NCBI GenBank assembly: GCA_024398755.1
Contig: JAKSIQ010000007.1
Location: forward strand, 2,531-66,530
DNA from: Bacteroidaceae bacterium
GTDB taxonomy: Bacteria > Bacteroidota > Bacteroidia > Bacteroidales > Bacteroidaceae
Direction of reading: 5' to 3'
Length of the DNA stretch: 64,000 bases
Positions within the stretch are counted from its first letter, which is position 1. The number at the start of each line of letters is the position of its first letter. This document shows positions 50,214 through 60,640 of this stretch, in pieces. The notes beneath the pieces were generated by a model, which saw nothing but the letters and a program-made list of their open reading frames with translations, ran no database searches and was not told the DNA's origin. The position numbers and the translations under genes are program-made.

Positions 50214-52016
50214 TCATTTGTCCCACTCCAGGACTGTGATGTTCATGCCGAACACGTAACTGTAGTCAACACGGTCTGAAAGCTTGTTGACAAGATACAG
50301 GCGTGTGTCGCGCTCTGACGGAACATAATCGGGCTTTTGGATGTTCTGTGTCATGTCGGCGTCGAACTCAAGCGGATTGTCGGGAGTTCCGTTATCCTTG
50401 ATTATAAGACGGAAAACCTTGTCGGTTTCAATGAATGACAGGTCAAAGGAACTGATGTTCCTGCGCAGTCTCTTTTCTCCGACACTTGCACACAGTTCAA
50501 TGCAGCAGTATTGTATGTGATCTATTATTTGTTGGGGTATCTGGCAGACCTCGGTAAATACATTCAGATCATGCATCATGCTTTCCATTTTCGTCAGCTT
50601 GAAATCCATGCTGTAGTCAAAACGGACATTGACTGTAGTGGTGTCGAGCATAAGGAAACGCATGACGCCTTTGTTGCGCCTGTGGAATCCGTATGCGTAC
50701 AGCAGCGCACCAATAACCATTGGAATGCTGCCGGTTACAAATCCCAGCCACAGTTTCTGGGCCGATACGGCCGACCATGCCATCATGTTCAGCGCAGTCA
50801 GTATACCTATGCCGAAGATAACTACAATTTTTCCTTCAACGTGTCCCATCAACTGCATGACAACTGTCGAATAAACGGCCAGGAAGGCGAAACACAGGTA
50901 AAATACGCCGAAGCAGGCAAACGGCATTCTGCAGGAGTCGCTCATTTCGGGCGTGTTCATGCCGAAGCAGACAAGAATAAGCTGCGGGAACAGAGCCATT
51001 ACCAAAGCCAGAATGCTGAAGAACACCAGTGTCATCCTGATGCATCGTTCCATTACAAACCTGATGCCTTCATTGTCAGATTCTCCCTGCATGCGGCAGA
51101 TGTGTGAAATGCCGGCAATGCATATTCCGACAACCAGTCCGAATGTGACCGATTCAACCTGAATGCACAGACCGAACTGTGACAGGGCCAGTGCTCCCAG
51201 TGAATGTGAAATCAGAGTGTTGCAGAACAGAACGAACAGATTTATGACAATATAGAAGATATTGAAACCGAATCCCTGTTTCAGATTCTGTCCCAGCATA
51301 CTCCAGAAAGTCGTGTCAAAAGCCCTGCTGTTGAAACGGTATGAACTTTTGCCTTTCAGGAAGTGAGGTATGTATATGGCCAGATTCGTGATTCCAGAAA
51401 TGACGGTTGACCATGCCGCGCCGGCAATACCCCAGTTGAAGACGGCAATGAATACAATGTCAAGAATCACATTCACCGAGTTTGATATGATGACACTTCT
51501 GGTAACAAGTTCCGGATGTCCTTCAACCGAAATGAAATTGTTCATTGTGGTGCAGAACGGCACGAACAGGAAATAGGCCAGCATAATGCCCAGATATATT
51601 CTGACTTGTGCCGCTCCGTTCTCGCCAGGGCAGAGAAATCTGCTTATCCCGTTCAGGTTCAGCGCTATTGTCATAATTGCAACGAGTGCAACCGCTACGG
51701 CCGACGTCAGAGAAATGGTGAAAATCCTGTTTGCCTGATCCCTGTTACCCGATGCGAGCTGCTTTGCGGCCAGAACACTTCCGCCCATGTTGCATATCAG
51801 CGTCAGAACGCTTACCGCATTTACCAGAGGCATGACGGTGTTAACCGCATTGAACGCATCGGTCCCCAACAGATTGCCGGTGCAGAGTCCGTCCACAAGT
51901 GTGGTTATGAGCGGTGCTATGGCTGTAAGAGTTGTGGAAACCAGTGTGGTCTTGAAACTGAAATCCAGCAGAAGGTGGTTCCTTCTTGCCGTTCCGTCTT
52001 CAATCTGTCTGCTCAT
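50214..52016 (-). CDS. MATE-like polytopic transporter with an additional ~155-aa cytoplasmic C-terminal domain
   Basis: Start taken at M63 of the ORF (MSRQIEDG); 52091 is also possible. About 12 TM segments over about 440 aa, followed by a soluble domain at 50214-50684. Confidence 0.65.
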   Translation of the reverse strand: MSRQIEDGTARRNHLLLDFSFKTTLVSTTLTAIAPLITTLVDGLCTGNLLGTDAFNAVNTVMPLVNAVSVLTLICNMGGSVLAAKQLASGNRDQANRIFTISLTSAVAVALVAIMTIALNLNGISRFLCPGENGAAQVRIYLGIMLAYFLFVPFCTTMNNFISVEGHPELVTRSVIISNSVNVILDIVFIAVFNWGIAGAAWSTVISGITNLAIYIPHFLKGKSSYRFNSRAFDTTFWSMLGQNLKQGFGFNIFYIVINLFVLFCNTLISHSLGALALSQFGLCIQVESVTFGLVVGICIAGISHICRMQGESDNEGIRFVMERCIRMTLVFFSILALVMALFPQLILVCFGMNTPEMSDSCRMPFACFGVFYLCFAFLAVYSTVVMQLMGHVEGKIVVIFGIGILTALNMMAWSAVSAQKLWLGFVTGSIPMVIGALLYAYGFHRRNKGVMRFLMLDTTTVNVRFDYSMDFKLTKMESMMHDLNVFTEVCQIPQQIIDHIQYCCIELCASVGEKRLRRNISSFDLSFIETDKVFRLIIKDNGTPDNPLEFDADMTQNIQKPDYVPSERDTRLYLVNKLSDRVDYSYVFGMNITVLEWDK

Positions 52017-52130
52017 AGTCGTATATGAAATGCATTCTTTGACAAGACCAAAGATAATGCATTTTGCTTTCCAATGATTTATTCTTTTCATTTTGTATAC
52101 ATACTTGCACCGTATAATATGAAAAAGCAG

Positions 52131-52138
52131 TACCTTTG
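52131..52138 (+). promoter_or_regulatory. Candidate -7 box TACCTTTG for metK
   Basis: Exact TAnnTTTG. Its context GAAAAAGCAGTACCTTTGCACC is almost the same as the tRNA-Leu box. It would give a leader of about 170 nt. Confidence 0.4.
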
Positions 52139-52312
52139 CACCGACAATGTGGAAAGATTTGACCGCATTCGGGTTCCGGCCTGATGCGCCGACAGCTTGC
52201 AACCACTGAAAAAAATGCTAAAAGTCAACATTTCAAGACTCCCGTATGGAGTCGTTCAGCAGGTTTCCCCATTGTCATGTTTTATGCCAATGGGTAATTT
52301 TTTTTGTAAATC
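52139..52312 (+). promoter_or_regulatory. Long structured metK 5' leader (riboswitch/attenuator candidate, class unassigned)
   Basis: No co-directional gene lies upstream. Contains hairpin GACTCC-CGTAT-GGAGTC (52237-52253) and a terminal hairpin plus T8 just before the ATG. Confidence 0.4.
52268..52305 (+). terminator. Terminator-like hairpin plus T8 inside the metK leader
   Basis: CCCATTG...CAATGGG forms a 7-bp stem, extendable by CAT/ATG, followed by TAATTTTTTTT. It ends 8 nt before the metK ATG. Confidence 0.45.
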
Positions 52313-53605
52313 ATGTCATATTTATTCACATCCGAATCGGTGTCTGAAGGACACCCTGACAAAGTTGCCGATCAGATATCGGACGCAGTCGTAGACGAAA
52401 TGCTTGCCTTTGATCCGAATTCAAAGGTGGCTTGTGAAACACTTGTAACCACCGGTCAGGTTGTAATGGCCGGCGAAGTCACATCGAACTCCTACATAGA
52501 CCTTCAGGAGACAGCCCGCAGCGTAATTCGCCGTATAGGCTATACAAAGTCGGAATACAAGTTCGATGCTGACAGTTGCGGAATATTCAGTGCAATACAC
52601 GAACAGAGCCCCGACATAAGCCGTGGTGTGAACCGTCAGGACCCCATGGATCAGGGTGCAGGCGACCAGGGTATGATGTTCGGTTACGCAACCAGCGAAA
52701 CCGAAAGCTACATGCCGGTATCGCTGTTTGTAGCCCACAAGATACTGAAGGTGCTGGCTGAAATCCGTCGTGAAGGTAAGGAAATGACTTATCTGCGTCC
52801 GGATTCAAAGAGCCAGGTGACTGTACAGTACAGTGATGAAGGCCGTCCCGAACGCATTGACACGATTGTGGTGTCAACCCAGCACGACGATTTCATCAGC
52901 CCTGTTGACAACACGGAAAAGGCTCAGTTGGAGGCCGATGCAGCCATGCTGGCAAAAATCCGCGAAGACGTAATCAACATACTCATTCCACGTGTCATCT
53001 CACGTATCGGTCGTGAAGAGGTCAAGGCCTTGTTTGACAATGATATCAAGTATTTTGTAAATCCTACGGGCAAGTTTGTCATAGGAGGTCCTCATGGAGA
53101 CACAGGTCTTACCGGGCGCAAGATAATTGTCGATACCTATGGAGGCAAGGGAGCCCATGGCGGTGGCGCATTCAGCGGCAAGGATCCCAGCAAGGTTGAC
53201 CGCAGTGCAGCTTACGCAGCACGCCATATTGCCAAGAACCTTGTAGCCGCCGGAGTAAGCGATGAGATACTGGTTGAGATTTCGTATGCTATAGGCGTTG
53301 CAAAACCAATAAACATCTGGGTCAACACATACGGAAAGAGCCATGTCAGCATGACCGACGGTCAGATAGCTGAAAAGGTGAATCAGATATTCGACCTTCG
53401 TCCGAAGGCAATAGAGCAGCGTCTCAAACTCAGAAATCCTATATACAGCGAGACCGCCAGCTACGGTCACATGGGACGTCGTCCCAAGGAAGTCGAAAAG
53501 ACCTTCCGCAGCTGCAACGGTCAGACCAAAACCGTCAAGGTCGAACTGTTCACATGGGAAAAGCTAGACTACGTTGACAAGGTTAAGCAGGCTTTCGGCC
53601 TGTAA
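52313..53605 (+). CDS. metK: S-adenosylmethionine synthetase
   Basis: [25 protein letters not shown] and [19 protein letters not shown] motifs, 430 aa. Confidence 0.95.
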   Translation: MSYLFTSESVSEGHPDKVADQISDAVVDEMLAFDPNSKVACETLVTTGQVVMAGEVTSNSYIDLQETARSVIRRIGYTKSEYKFDADSCGIFSAIHEQSPDISRGVNRQDPMDQGAGDQGMMFGYATSETESYMPVSLFVAHKILKVLAEIRREGKEMTYLRPDSKSQVTVQYSDEGRPERIDTIVVSTQHDDFISPVDNTEKAQLEADAAMLAKIREDVINILIPRVISRIGREEVKALFDNDIKYFVNPTGKFVIGGPHGDTGLTGRKIIVDTYGGKGAHGGGAFSGKDPSKVDRSAAYAARHIAKNLVAAGVSDEILVEISYAIGVAKPINIWVNTYGKSHVSMTDGQIAEKVNQIFDLRPKAIEQRLKLRNPIYSETASYGHMGRRPKEVEKTFRSCNGQTKTVKVELFTWEKLDYVDKVKQAFGL

Positions 53606-53628
53606 TGCATGGTGGCGGGGCAGCCGGT

Positions 53629-54213
53629 TCAAATGCACGGAAGTGTGAGACCGGCTGCTACATCAGCTGCGGTTTTACTGCCGCAAACGGTTTCCAGTAT
53701 TGCCAGACCGAAATCAATTGAGTGGCCGGGCCCGCGGCCGGTAATTATGCGGTTCCAGGTTACGGCCGGTTTCTTCATGAAATTTGCGCCCATGGAAACA
53801 AGCAGGTCCTGACAACCGTCGTAGCATGTGAATGTGGCTTTTTCAATTCCTTCAAGTTGACTCAAGACGAAATTCGGAGCAGCGCAGATGGCCGCTACGG
53901 CACCGCCAAGGCTGTAATGTCTGTTCATCAGTCCTATCAGTTCACGGCATTCGCCAAGGTTTTTTGAGCCTGGCAGTCCTCCCGGAAATATCAGCATATC
54001 CTGTGCAGTGCATGTCTTGCTGTCCTCCAGTTTCAGCAGTTCTGTCAGAGTCATATCGGCCAGAACTGTAATGCCATGAGCCGAGTCTACTTCCTTACTG
54101 TCGTTTATACTGATGGTTTTCACATCGGCTCCACCACGTACAAGAATGTCTCTGGTTGCAAGGGCTTCAATGTCTTCAAATCCGTTCGCAAGAAAAATGT
54201 ATACGCCTTTCAT
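53629..54213 (-). CDS. DJ-1/PfpI family protein
   Basis: Nucleophile elbow AAICAAP, and GRGPG near the C-terminus. 194 aa. Confidence 0.85.
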   Translation of the reverse strand: MKGVYIFLANGFEDIEALATRDILVRGGADVKTISINDSKEVDSAHGITVLADMTLTELLKLEDSKTCTAQDMLIFPGGLPGSKNLGECRELIGLMNRHYSLGGAVAAICAAPNFVLSQLEGIEKATFTCYDGCQDLLVSMGANFMKKPAVTWNRIITGRGPGHSIDFGLAILETVCGSKTAADVAAGLTLPCI

Positions 54214-54278
54214 CTTTAATTATTTAGTATTACAATTCCAAATATAGAAAAGTTTTTTGTCTTCAGTATCATAATTGA

Positions 54279-54286
54279 TATCTTTG
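54279..54286 (+). promoter_or_regulatory. Candidate -7 box TATCTTTG for the SLC13 permease gene
   Basis: Exact TAnnTTTG, 20 nt upstream of the ATG at 54306. Confidence 0.35.
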
Positions 54287-54305
54287 CTGTAATAATTTTG
54301 GACAA

Positions 54306-55832
54306 ATGGTAATTTGGGGTCTTTCATGGCAGGCGTGGTACACCATAATTGTGGTGTTGACCCTGTTTTTGGTGTTGTCATTGACAAGAACCAGAACAGA
54401 CATGGCTTTTCTGTGTACTATGGTTGCGCTATTTGTGCCTGGTGTACTGGACATTAATCAGGCATTCGGAGGCTTCGATTCCGAATCGGTTCTTGTTGTA
54501 GCCTCGATGTTCGGTGTCATTGCGGGTCTGGACCATACGGGTGTGTTGAACTGGATTGTCAGACATCTGTTGGGGACTCCGAAAACGCATACCGGCGCTG
54601 TGTTGAGAATAATGGCTCCTGTTGCATTTCTCAGTTCATTTCTCAGCAATACAACTGTTGTTGCACTGTTTGTGGGAATAGTAAAGAAATGGGCTAAAAA
54701 ACTTGGGCTTTCTCCGTCAAAGTTGCTCATACCGCTCAGCTATGCGGCTGGAATGGGTGGTATCTGTACCCTTATTGGCACACCGCCAAACTTGCTCATT
54801 TCCGGAATGCTGGCTCAGGAAACCGGAAACAGGCTTGGTGTATTCGCTCCATTTTTTGTCGGTATTTTCTGCCTGATTGTCGGTGTCATAAGCATAATGC
54901 TGATGCGAGGCCTGCTTCCCAGCAGGAAAACGCCTTTGGATGCGGCTTCCGAGGCAGGTCTGTCAACTGAACTTACTGTACCGTCAAAAAGCATATATGT
55001 CGGGTGGGGTCTGGCCGATGCATGCCAGGATGCCGATATTGTTTTTGACAGCAGCAAGTTCATTGCAATCAGGCGTTTTGACGGACTGATTGTTTCTCCT
55101 GTCGAACCAGACGAGCCTGTCATGGGTGGAGACCGTATTCTTGTTGACGGAACTGCAGTCGAACTTAAAAGGATTTCTCAAAAAATGGGTTTCAAAAATG
55201 AGTATCTGAAAGTTGCGGTCGATCAGGATGATGATGTCAGGGGCAGTTGGAAGACTCTTACCTCGTTCCTGATACTGGTGGCGGCAATTGCTCTTTCCGC
55301 CTTTAATGTCATACCGCTCATCGTTGCGTGTATGACTGCAGCCGTGCTCATGATGGTTCTAAGATTCTGTACACCAACCCAGTCATACAAGGCAATAGAC
55401 TTTGGTATCCTGATAGTGTTTGCCGGCAGTATTGCCATCGGAAACGCCATAAAGCAGACTGGTCTTGCCCAGATGATTGCAGAAGGACTGCTCGGGGTCT
55501 GCGGAACTAATCCGTATGTGCTTCTTGCGGCAATCTGTCTTGTTGCCACATTCGTTACGGAATTCATCTCGAACACTGCAGCAGGTGCAATTTTCTATCC
55601 CATTGCCATGGCTGCCGCCACGTCAATCGGAGCCAATCCTGTGACTTTCTGCATTGCTCTGATGGTTGCGGTATCGTCAAGTTTCGCCACTCCTATCGGG
55701 TCGCCGACACACATGCTGGTGTATATGCCGGGTGGTTATAAATTCGGAGACTTCCTGCGTGTAGGTCTGCCCATGAACTTCATCATTCTGGCAGCCAACA
55801 TCTTCATCACTCCAATTATTTATCCTTTCTGA
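54306..55832 (+). CDS. SLC13/DASS-type anion permease with central TrkA-C (RCK-C) domain
   Basis: Polytopic, with repeated FLSNT / FISNTAA hairpin motifs. The soluble insert (AIRRFDGLIVSPVEPDEPVMGGDRILVDG) is typical of TrkA-C. Confidence 0.75.
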   Translation: MVIWGLSWQAWYTIIVVLTLFLVLSLTRTRTDMAFLCTMVALFVPGVLDINQAFGGFDSESVLVVASMFGVIAGLDHTGVLNWIVRHLLGTPKTHTGAVLRIMAPVAFLSSFLSNTTVVALFVGIVKKWAKKLGLSPSKLLIPLSYAAGMGGICTLIGTPPNLLISGMLAQETGNRLGVFAPFFVGIFCLIVGVISIMLMRGLLPSRKTPLDAASEAGLSTELTVPSKSIYVGWGLADACQDADIVFDSSKFIAIRRFDGLIVSPVEPDEPVMGGDRILVDGTAVELKRISQKMGFKNEYLKVAVDQDDDVRGSWKTLTSFLILVAAIALSAFNVIPLIVACMTAAVLMMVLRFCTPTQSYKAIDFGILIVFAGSIAIGNAIKQTGLAQMIAEGLLGVCGTNPYVLLAAICLVATFVTEFISNTAAGAIFYPIAMAAATSIGANPVTFCIALMVAVSSSFATPIGSPTHMLVYMPGGYKFGDFLRVGLPMNFIILAANIFITPIIYPF

Positions 55833-55907
55833 ATGGACAAGCCGGTCATGTCGGGTTCTTAACTTGCGGCTGATTATCGTCTAATATTAGTGATAGGTTT
55901 ATAAAAG

Positions 55908-56669
55908 ATGAATATTATGAGAAGGACTCTGATATTTGCAATACTTGCAACAGTTGCAGGTCTTGCTGCAAATAAGGCCTACGCGAAATCAGCCGATTCG
56001 CAGGTACTGGTTGCCGGTCAGGAAATCAACTATTCACTTTCTTTGGGTCCCATAAAGGCCGGTCAGGCAAAACTTGTCACCACCCGCACCACATGGAAAG
56101 GTGAACCGGCCTACAGAATTGAACTTCTGGCCATGACCGGCAAGGCAGTCAGCAAGATATTCTCAATGAATGATACGCTTCGTAGCACAGTTCTTCCTGA
56201 CCTTACTCCTAAAGCCTTCTGGAAGCACAGTCAGGAAGCCGATTATGAATCGGTCGAAAACGTCAGTTTTGAAGACGGTATCGTCAGGCTTGAGAAATTG
56301 CGCAAGGGAACGCTCAAAACCAACACTGTCAAATGCAGTGAGCCGGTTTATGACATGGTCAGCCTTGTCATGGTGGCGCGCAGCCTTGATTTCTCAAAGT
56401 TGAAACAGGGCCAGCGTTTTGAATTCAAGGTTGCCAGCGGTCTGTCAGTATCGACCGAATACCTGGAATACCAAGGCCGTGAAAGACTGAAAGCGGCGGG
56501 AAAGCAGAACGATTGTCTGAAGTTCGCGCTCATTGAACCGAAAATGGAAAAGGGCAAACTTAAGGAAACCGAACTTATGGTAATCTACATATTGCCCGAT
56601 TCTACCCACCTGCCCGTTGGAATAGATTTCAATCTGAAATTCGGTACAGCCAAAGCCCGTCTGCTCTGA
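55908..56669 (+). CDS. Secreted hypothetical protein (resembles DUF3108)
   Basis: Signal peptide MRRTLIFAILATVAGLAANKAYA. Beta-rich. The family call is from memory. Confidence 0.5.
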   Translation: MNIMRRTLIFAILATVAGLAANKAYAKSADSQVLVAGQEINYSLSLGPIKAGQAKLVTTRTTWKGEPAYRIELLAMTGKAVSKIFSMNDTLRSTVLPDLTPKAFWKHSQEADYESVENVSFEDGIVRLEKLRKGTLKTNTVKCSEPVYDMVSLVMVARSLDFSKLKQGQRFEFKVASGLSVSTEYLEYQGRERLKAAGKQNDCLKFALIEPKMEKGKLKETELMVIYILPDSTHLPVGIDFNLKFGTAKARLL

Positions 56670-56689
56670 AATGACGGCAGATATGTAAT

Positions 56690-57337
56690 TCAGTGAAGAT
56701 TACCGGAATGCTGGCGTTCTGATAATTCCTCGGAGTAGATCTTGTCGAATATCTGCCGCAGTCTCTCTTTGTCGCGTATAATGCATCGCAACTCTTCCAG
56801 CTTGGCCGCATTTTCAGATTCCGGTATCCAGAGCTTCAGATAGCCGTTTTCGGCATATTTTTCATGAAGGTGTTCCACTGTCCTGTTCCACTGACCTTCA
56901 CGCACCAATTCAGGATAATGTTCCAGTCCGTATTGGATTGTCCTTCTTATGACGGTTTCCGGAATGATCTGCCGGTCAGCTTCAGCAATTATCATTCCGT
57001 ATATGCTTCGCGGACAATCCGATGATGATGCCCTATGGTCTTCGGCCGCCTGAGCTATCGTTTCTATCTGACTCTCATCGAACCACTGTTTCAGTTCCTT
57101 CATTTCCCGTATAATGCGTCCCGATTCCAGATGGTGTGTCTTGCGGTCAACTTCAAGACCAAGATCATGGCAGGCTGCCGCTACGGCTATCATGCGTAGG
57201 TCCACATTGTAATGTGATGCCAGGCTGAGAGCCGTTTCCATTACGTAACGGACATGGCTTTGCTGGTGCCCCTTGTCAAAGGCATCGTATCTCGGAATCA
57301 CTGATTCCTCAATCCAGTTCAGAAGATTGGTCAGCAC
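56690..57337 (-). CDS. HD-domain phosphohydrolase
   Basis: His and HD motifs ([21 protein letters not shown]). Its start overlaps the metG stop by 7 nt. Confidence 0.7.
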   Translation of the reverse strand: MLTNLLNWIEESVIPRYDAFDKGHQQSHVRYVMETALSLASHYNVDLRMIAVAAACHDLGLEVDRKTHHLESGRIIREMKELKQWFDESQIETIAQAAEDHRASSSDCPRSIYGMIIAEADRQIIPETVIRRTIQYGLEHYPELVREGQWNRTVEHLHEKYAENGYLKLWIPESENAAKLEELRCIIRDKERLRQIFDKIYSEELSERQHSGNLH

Positions 57338-59391
57338 ACCTGACTTCCCGGTTTGACGGGCTTTTCAACTGTGGTTACAGCCAGTGTACCGTCTGCGTCA
57401 AGGGCGCTCAGAATCATTCCCTGGCTTTCAATGCCGCGGATCTTGCGGGGAGCAAGGTTTGCAATGAAGCATACCTGCTTGCCTACCAGTTCCTCGGGCT
57501 TGTACCACTGTGCAATGCCTGACAGGATTGTGCGGCCTCCCAGACCGTCATCAATCTTGAACTGCAGCAGCTTGTCGGCCTTGGGCACCTTGGTGCATTC
57601 AAGCACTGTGCCTACACGGATATCGAGTTTCTCGAATTCCGGGAATTCTATGTTGGCCTTGATGGGTTCGGCCGGTTTTTCGGCGGCTGCCTTCTTTTCG
57701 TTATCTTCTTTTGTCTTGAGCAGCTTCTGTATCTGTGCGTCAATCACATCGTCTTCAATCTTCTCGAACAGAAGTTCGGCCTTGCCCAGTTTGTGACCGG
57801 CGGGCAGCAGGTCGATGCTTCCCAGACGGTTCCACTGTACGCCTTCAAGATTTATCATGCCGCGCAGTTTTTCGCTTGAGAACGGCAGGAACGGTTCGAA
57901 TGCTATGGAAAGGTTGGCACAAAGCTGCAGGGCAATGTTCAGAATGGTCTCAACACGCTTCATGTCGGTCTTGGCCAGTTTCCAGGGCTCGGTATCGGCC
58001 AGATACTTGTTTCCAATGCGCGCCAGATTCATGGCTTCCTTCTGGGCCTCGCGGAACTTGAAGTTCTCAAGCAGGTTCTCCAGTTGTGACTTGACATCGG
58101 CAAACTCCTTGAGTGTGTCCTTGTCATAGTCGGTCAGCTCTCCGCATGCCGGAACGGTTCCGTCAAAATACTTTTGTGTCAGAACCAGCGCACGGTTCAC
58201 AAAGTTGCCGTAAATGGCAACCAGCTCGTTGTTGTTGCGTGCCTGGAAATCCTTCCATGTAAAGTTGTTGTCCTTGGTCTCGGGAGCGTTTGCGGTAAGG
58301 ACATAACGCAGAACGTCGGCCTTGCCGGGGAAATCCTCAAGATATTCGTGTACCCATACGGCCCAGTTGCGCGATGTCGAAATCTTGTCATCCTCAAGGT
58401 TCAGGAACTCGTTGCTCGGCACGTTGTCAGGCAGAATGTAGCTGCCTTCGGCCTTCAGCATCGACGGGAACACAATGCAGTGGAACACAATGTTGTCCTT
58501 GCCGATGAAATGCACCAGACGTGTGCTGTCATCCTTCCACCATGTCTCCCAGCTGCCGCGTTCAGGATGCGCGTCGCAGTATTCCTTGGTGTTGCTTATG
58601 TAGCCTATGGGCGCATCGAACCACACATAGAGAACCTTGCCTTCGGCGCCTTCAACCGGAACCGGTATGCCCCAGTCAAGGTCACGGCTCACGGCACGCG
58701 GCTGCAAGCCCATGTCAAGCCAGCTCTTGCACTGGCCATATACGTTGGGGCGCCACTCCTTATGACCCTCGAGAATCCATTTTTCCAGCCATTCCTGATA
58801 CTGTTCCAGAGGCAGATACCAGTGTGTGGTCTCCTTCATGACCGGCTTGCAGCCCGTAACGGTACTTACCGGATTTATAAGATCGGTCGGCGACAGTGAC
58901 GTTCCGCACTTCTCGCACTGGTCGCCGTATGCCTTCTCATTGTGGCAGTGGGGACATTCGCCGGTAATGTAGCGGTCGGCCAGGAACATCTTTGCCTCGG
59001 GGTCATAGTACTGCTCGCTGGTCTTCTGTATGAATTTGCCGTTGTCGTAAAGCTTGCGGAAGAAGTCCGATGCCAGCTTGCTGTGGGTCTCGGAACTGGT
59101 GCGGCCGTAAATGTCATACGATATGCCCATACCCTTGAACGTGTCCTTCATCTGATAGTGGAAACGGTCAATGACATCCTGCGGGGTCACGCCTTCCTTC
59201 TTGGCGCGTATGGTAATGGGCACTCCGTGTTCATCGCTTCCACCAATGAACATCACGTCCTTGCCCATGAGACGCTGATAGCGTACGTAAATGTCGGCCG
59301 GAACGTATGCGCCGGCAAGATGTCCAATGTGCAGGGGGCCGTTTGCGTATGGCAGGGCCGATGTAACCAGTGTCCTTTTAAACTCCTTCAT
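57331..59391 (-). CDS. metG: Methionyl-tRNA synthetase with C-terminal tRNA-binding (EMAP-like) domain
   Basis: [14 protein letters not shown] (HIGH), KISTSRN (KMSKS variant), a Zn knuckle CPHC...CEKC, and a C-terminal LDIRVGTV. Confidence 0.95.
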   Translation of the reverse strand: MKEFKRTLVTSALPYANGPLHIGHLAGAYVPADIYVRYQRLMGKDVMFIGGSDEHGVPITIRAKKEGVTPQDVIDRFHYQMKDTFKGMGISYDIYGRTSSETHSKLASDFFRKLYDNGKFIQKTSEQYYDPEAKMFLADRYITGECPHCHNEKAYGDQCEKCGTSLSPTDLINPVSTVTGCKPVMKETTHWYLPLEQYQEWLEKWILEGHKEWRPNVYGQCKSWLDMGLQPRAVSRDLDWGIPVPVEGAEGKVLYVWFDAPIGYISNTKEYCDAHPERGSWETWWKDDSTRLVHFIGKDNIVFHCIVFPSMLKAEGSYILPDNVPSNEFLNLEDDKISTSRNWAVWVHEYLEDFPGKADVLRYVLTANAPETKDNNFTWKDFQARNNNELVAIYGNFVNRALVLTQKYFDGTVPACGELTDYDKDTLKEFADVKSQLENLLENFKFREAQKEAMNLARIGNKYLADTEPWKLAKTDMKRVETILNIALQLCANLSIAFEPFLPFSSEKLRGMINLEGVQWNRLGSIDLLPAGHKLGKAELLFEKIEDDVIDAQIQKLLKTKEDNEKKAAAEKPAEPIKANIEFPEFEKLDIRVGTVLECTKVPKADKLLQFKIDDGLGGRTILSGIAQWYKPEELVGKQVCFIANLAPRKIRGIESQGMILSALDADGTLAVTTVEKPVKPGSQVC

Positions 59392-59422
59392 TTTATTGTA
59401 AGTTATTATTTGTTCTTAATTG

Positions 59423-59430
59423 CAAAATTA
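59423..59430 (-). promoter_or_regulatory. Candidate -7 box TAATTTTG for metG
   Basis: Exact TAnnTTTG on the minus strand, 32 nt upstream of the ATG at 59391. Confidence 0.4.
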
Positions 59431-59489
59431 CACTTTTTTTCTGAATCTCTGGTTTGTGTGGAAACGTCTGCCCGTTTTTCATCTTCTAT

Positions 59490-60638
59490 TCAAATATTGT
59501 CTGCGGATTGATGATGTCTGAGATATTGCATCAGTTTGTGAAGGATATAGGACAGTATCAGAAGGATGATTGTTATTAATAAGTAGGAGACTATGCTTTC
59601 TGGATCGAGTCCGGCTCTGATAATAACGTTTTTTAGAACTACGATGACAGGTAACTGCATCAGAAAAATTTCAAGACTTATTTCCCCGCCAATCTGAATA
59701 GCCTTGCTGTGAAGCAATTTTGTCAATATGCCATCTTGATTGTCCGTAAATATGAGCATCATCATTGCTGGTGGCAGGAACAGCCAAAACATAGCGCTGG
59801 CTTTTATCCAAAGAGGCGCGATATAATATATTGGAATGCTTGCTGCAACAAGAGCCACTGCTGTCATCTGCATTGCTGATACTTTGGTGGAGGATACATC
59901 ATAATGTCCTGATGTGATGTACTTTCCGTATTTCTGGAATATTCTGAAGCATAATATGCCGATGAAAAAATCAATAAGCCGTGCAGGTGGAAATACGTAT
60001 AGCAGATACTGCTCTGTAACAAGATGCGCAAATGAGCAATATACAGCCAATATGCAGGACATTATGGCTATAAGTTGTTTTTTCCCGCTCTTCATACCTG
60101 CCGGATAGAGCAGCGGAAAGGACAGGTAGCAGAATAATAAGCTGCTGAGAAACCACGATGTACCGTTCATTCCGAAGTGGTATGCCGGATCGGGTATCCA
60201 GCTCTGTATCAAAAGCAGGTTGGCCGCCAGCAGACGCATATTGACAGAATGTGTGCTGAGTATGCCAATAGCCAGAAACGGTATCAGTGTGATAATATAA
60301 ATCGGGTAGAATTTCTTAAGCTGTCGTGCCGGCAGGGCTAAAGGATTCGTATCCTTTTCCGGGCGTTTGGAATATGACATTGAGCATACAAAACCACTGG
60401 TTATGAAGAAGAAGGCTACACCGCATTCGCCACCGAAATCAAAGCCAGCCAGGTGCGAGAAAACTATGAGCATGCAGAAGATGAACCGCATGGCCTGAAG
60501 GTTTCTGTTATAGTTCTTATCTGCGTCTATATCTGCGTGATGCATCTCTTTCATACGGTTCCGGATATGCAAAGTTACACTTTTATCACGAACCATTGTA
60601 AGTGTCTCAGCGTTGATATGATGTTCCCGTTGTGTCAT
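59490..60638 (-). CDS. Acyltransferase family 3 membrane protein (O-acyltransferase)
   Basis: About 10 TM segments. N-terminal NRNLQAMRFIFCMLIVFSHL is typical of acyltransferase_3. The start is uncertain (M1, M15, M29 or M32). Confidence 0.7.
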   Translation of the reverse strand: MTQREHHINAETLTMVRDKSVTLHIRNRMKEMHHADIDADKNYNRNLQAMRFIFCMLIVFSHLAGFDFGGECGVAFFFITSGFVCSMSYSKRPEKDTNPLALPARQLKKFYPIYIITLIPFLAIGILSTHSVNMRLLAANLLLIQSWIPDPAYHFGMNGTSWFLSSLLFCYLSFPLLYPAGMKSGKKQLIAIMSCILAVYCSFAHLVTEQYLLYVFPPARLIDFFIGILCFRIFQKYGKYITSGHYDVSSTKVSAMQMTAVALVAASIPIYYIAPLWIKASAMFWLFLPPAMMMLIFTDNQDGILTKLLHSKAIQIGGEISLEIFLMQLPVIVVLKNVIIRAGLDPESIVSYLLITIILLILSYILHKLMQYLRHHQSADNI

Positions 60639-60640
60639 TC

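Noticed and set aside
52017-52202. 62-codon N-terminal extension of the MATE-like ORF
   Set aside because: The extension is non-hydrophobic, would run across the metK promoter box, and MATE-like sequence begins only after M63.
52139-52312. SAM-I riboswitch in the metK leader (fragments GGCCTGATG, GCAACC, GCTAA resemble the SAM-I core)
   Set aside because: I could not form the P1 or P3 helices or the GGUGCUAA context, so I do not call SAM-I. The region is kept only as an unclassified leader candidate.
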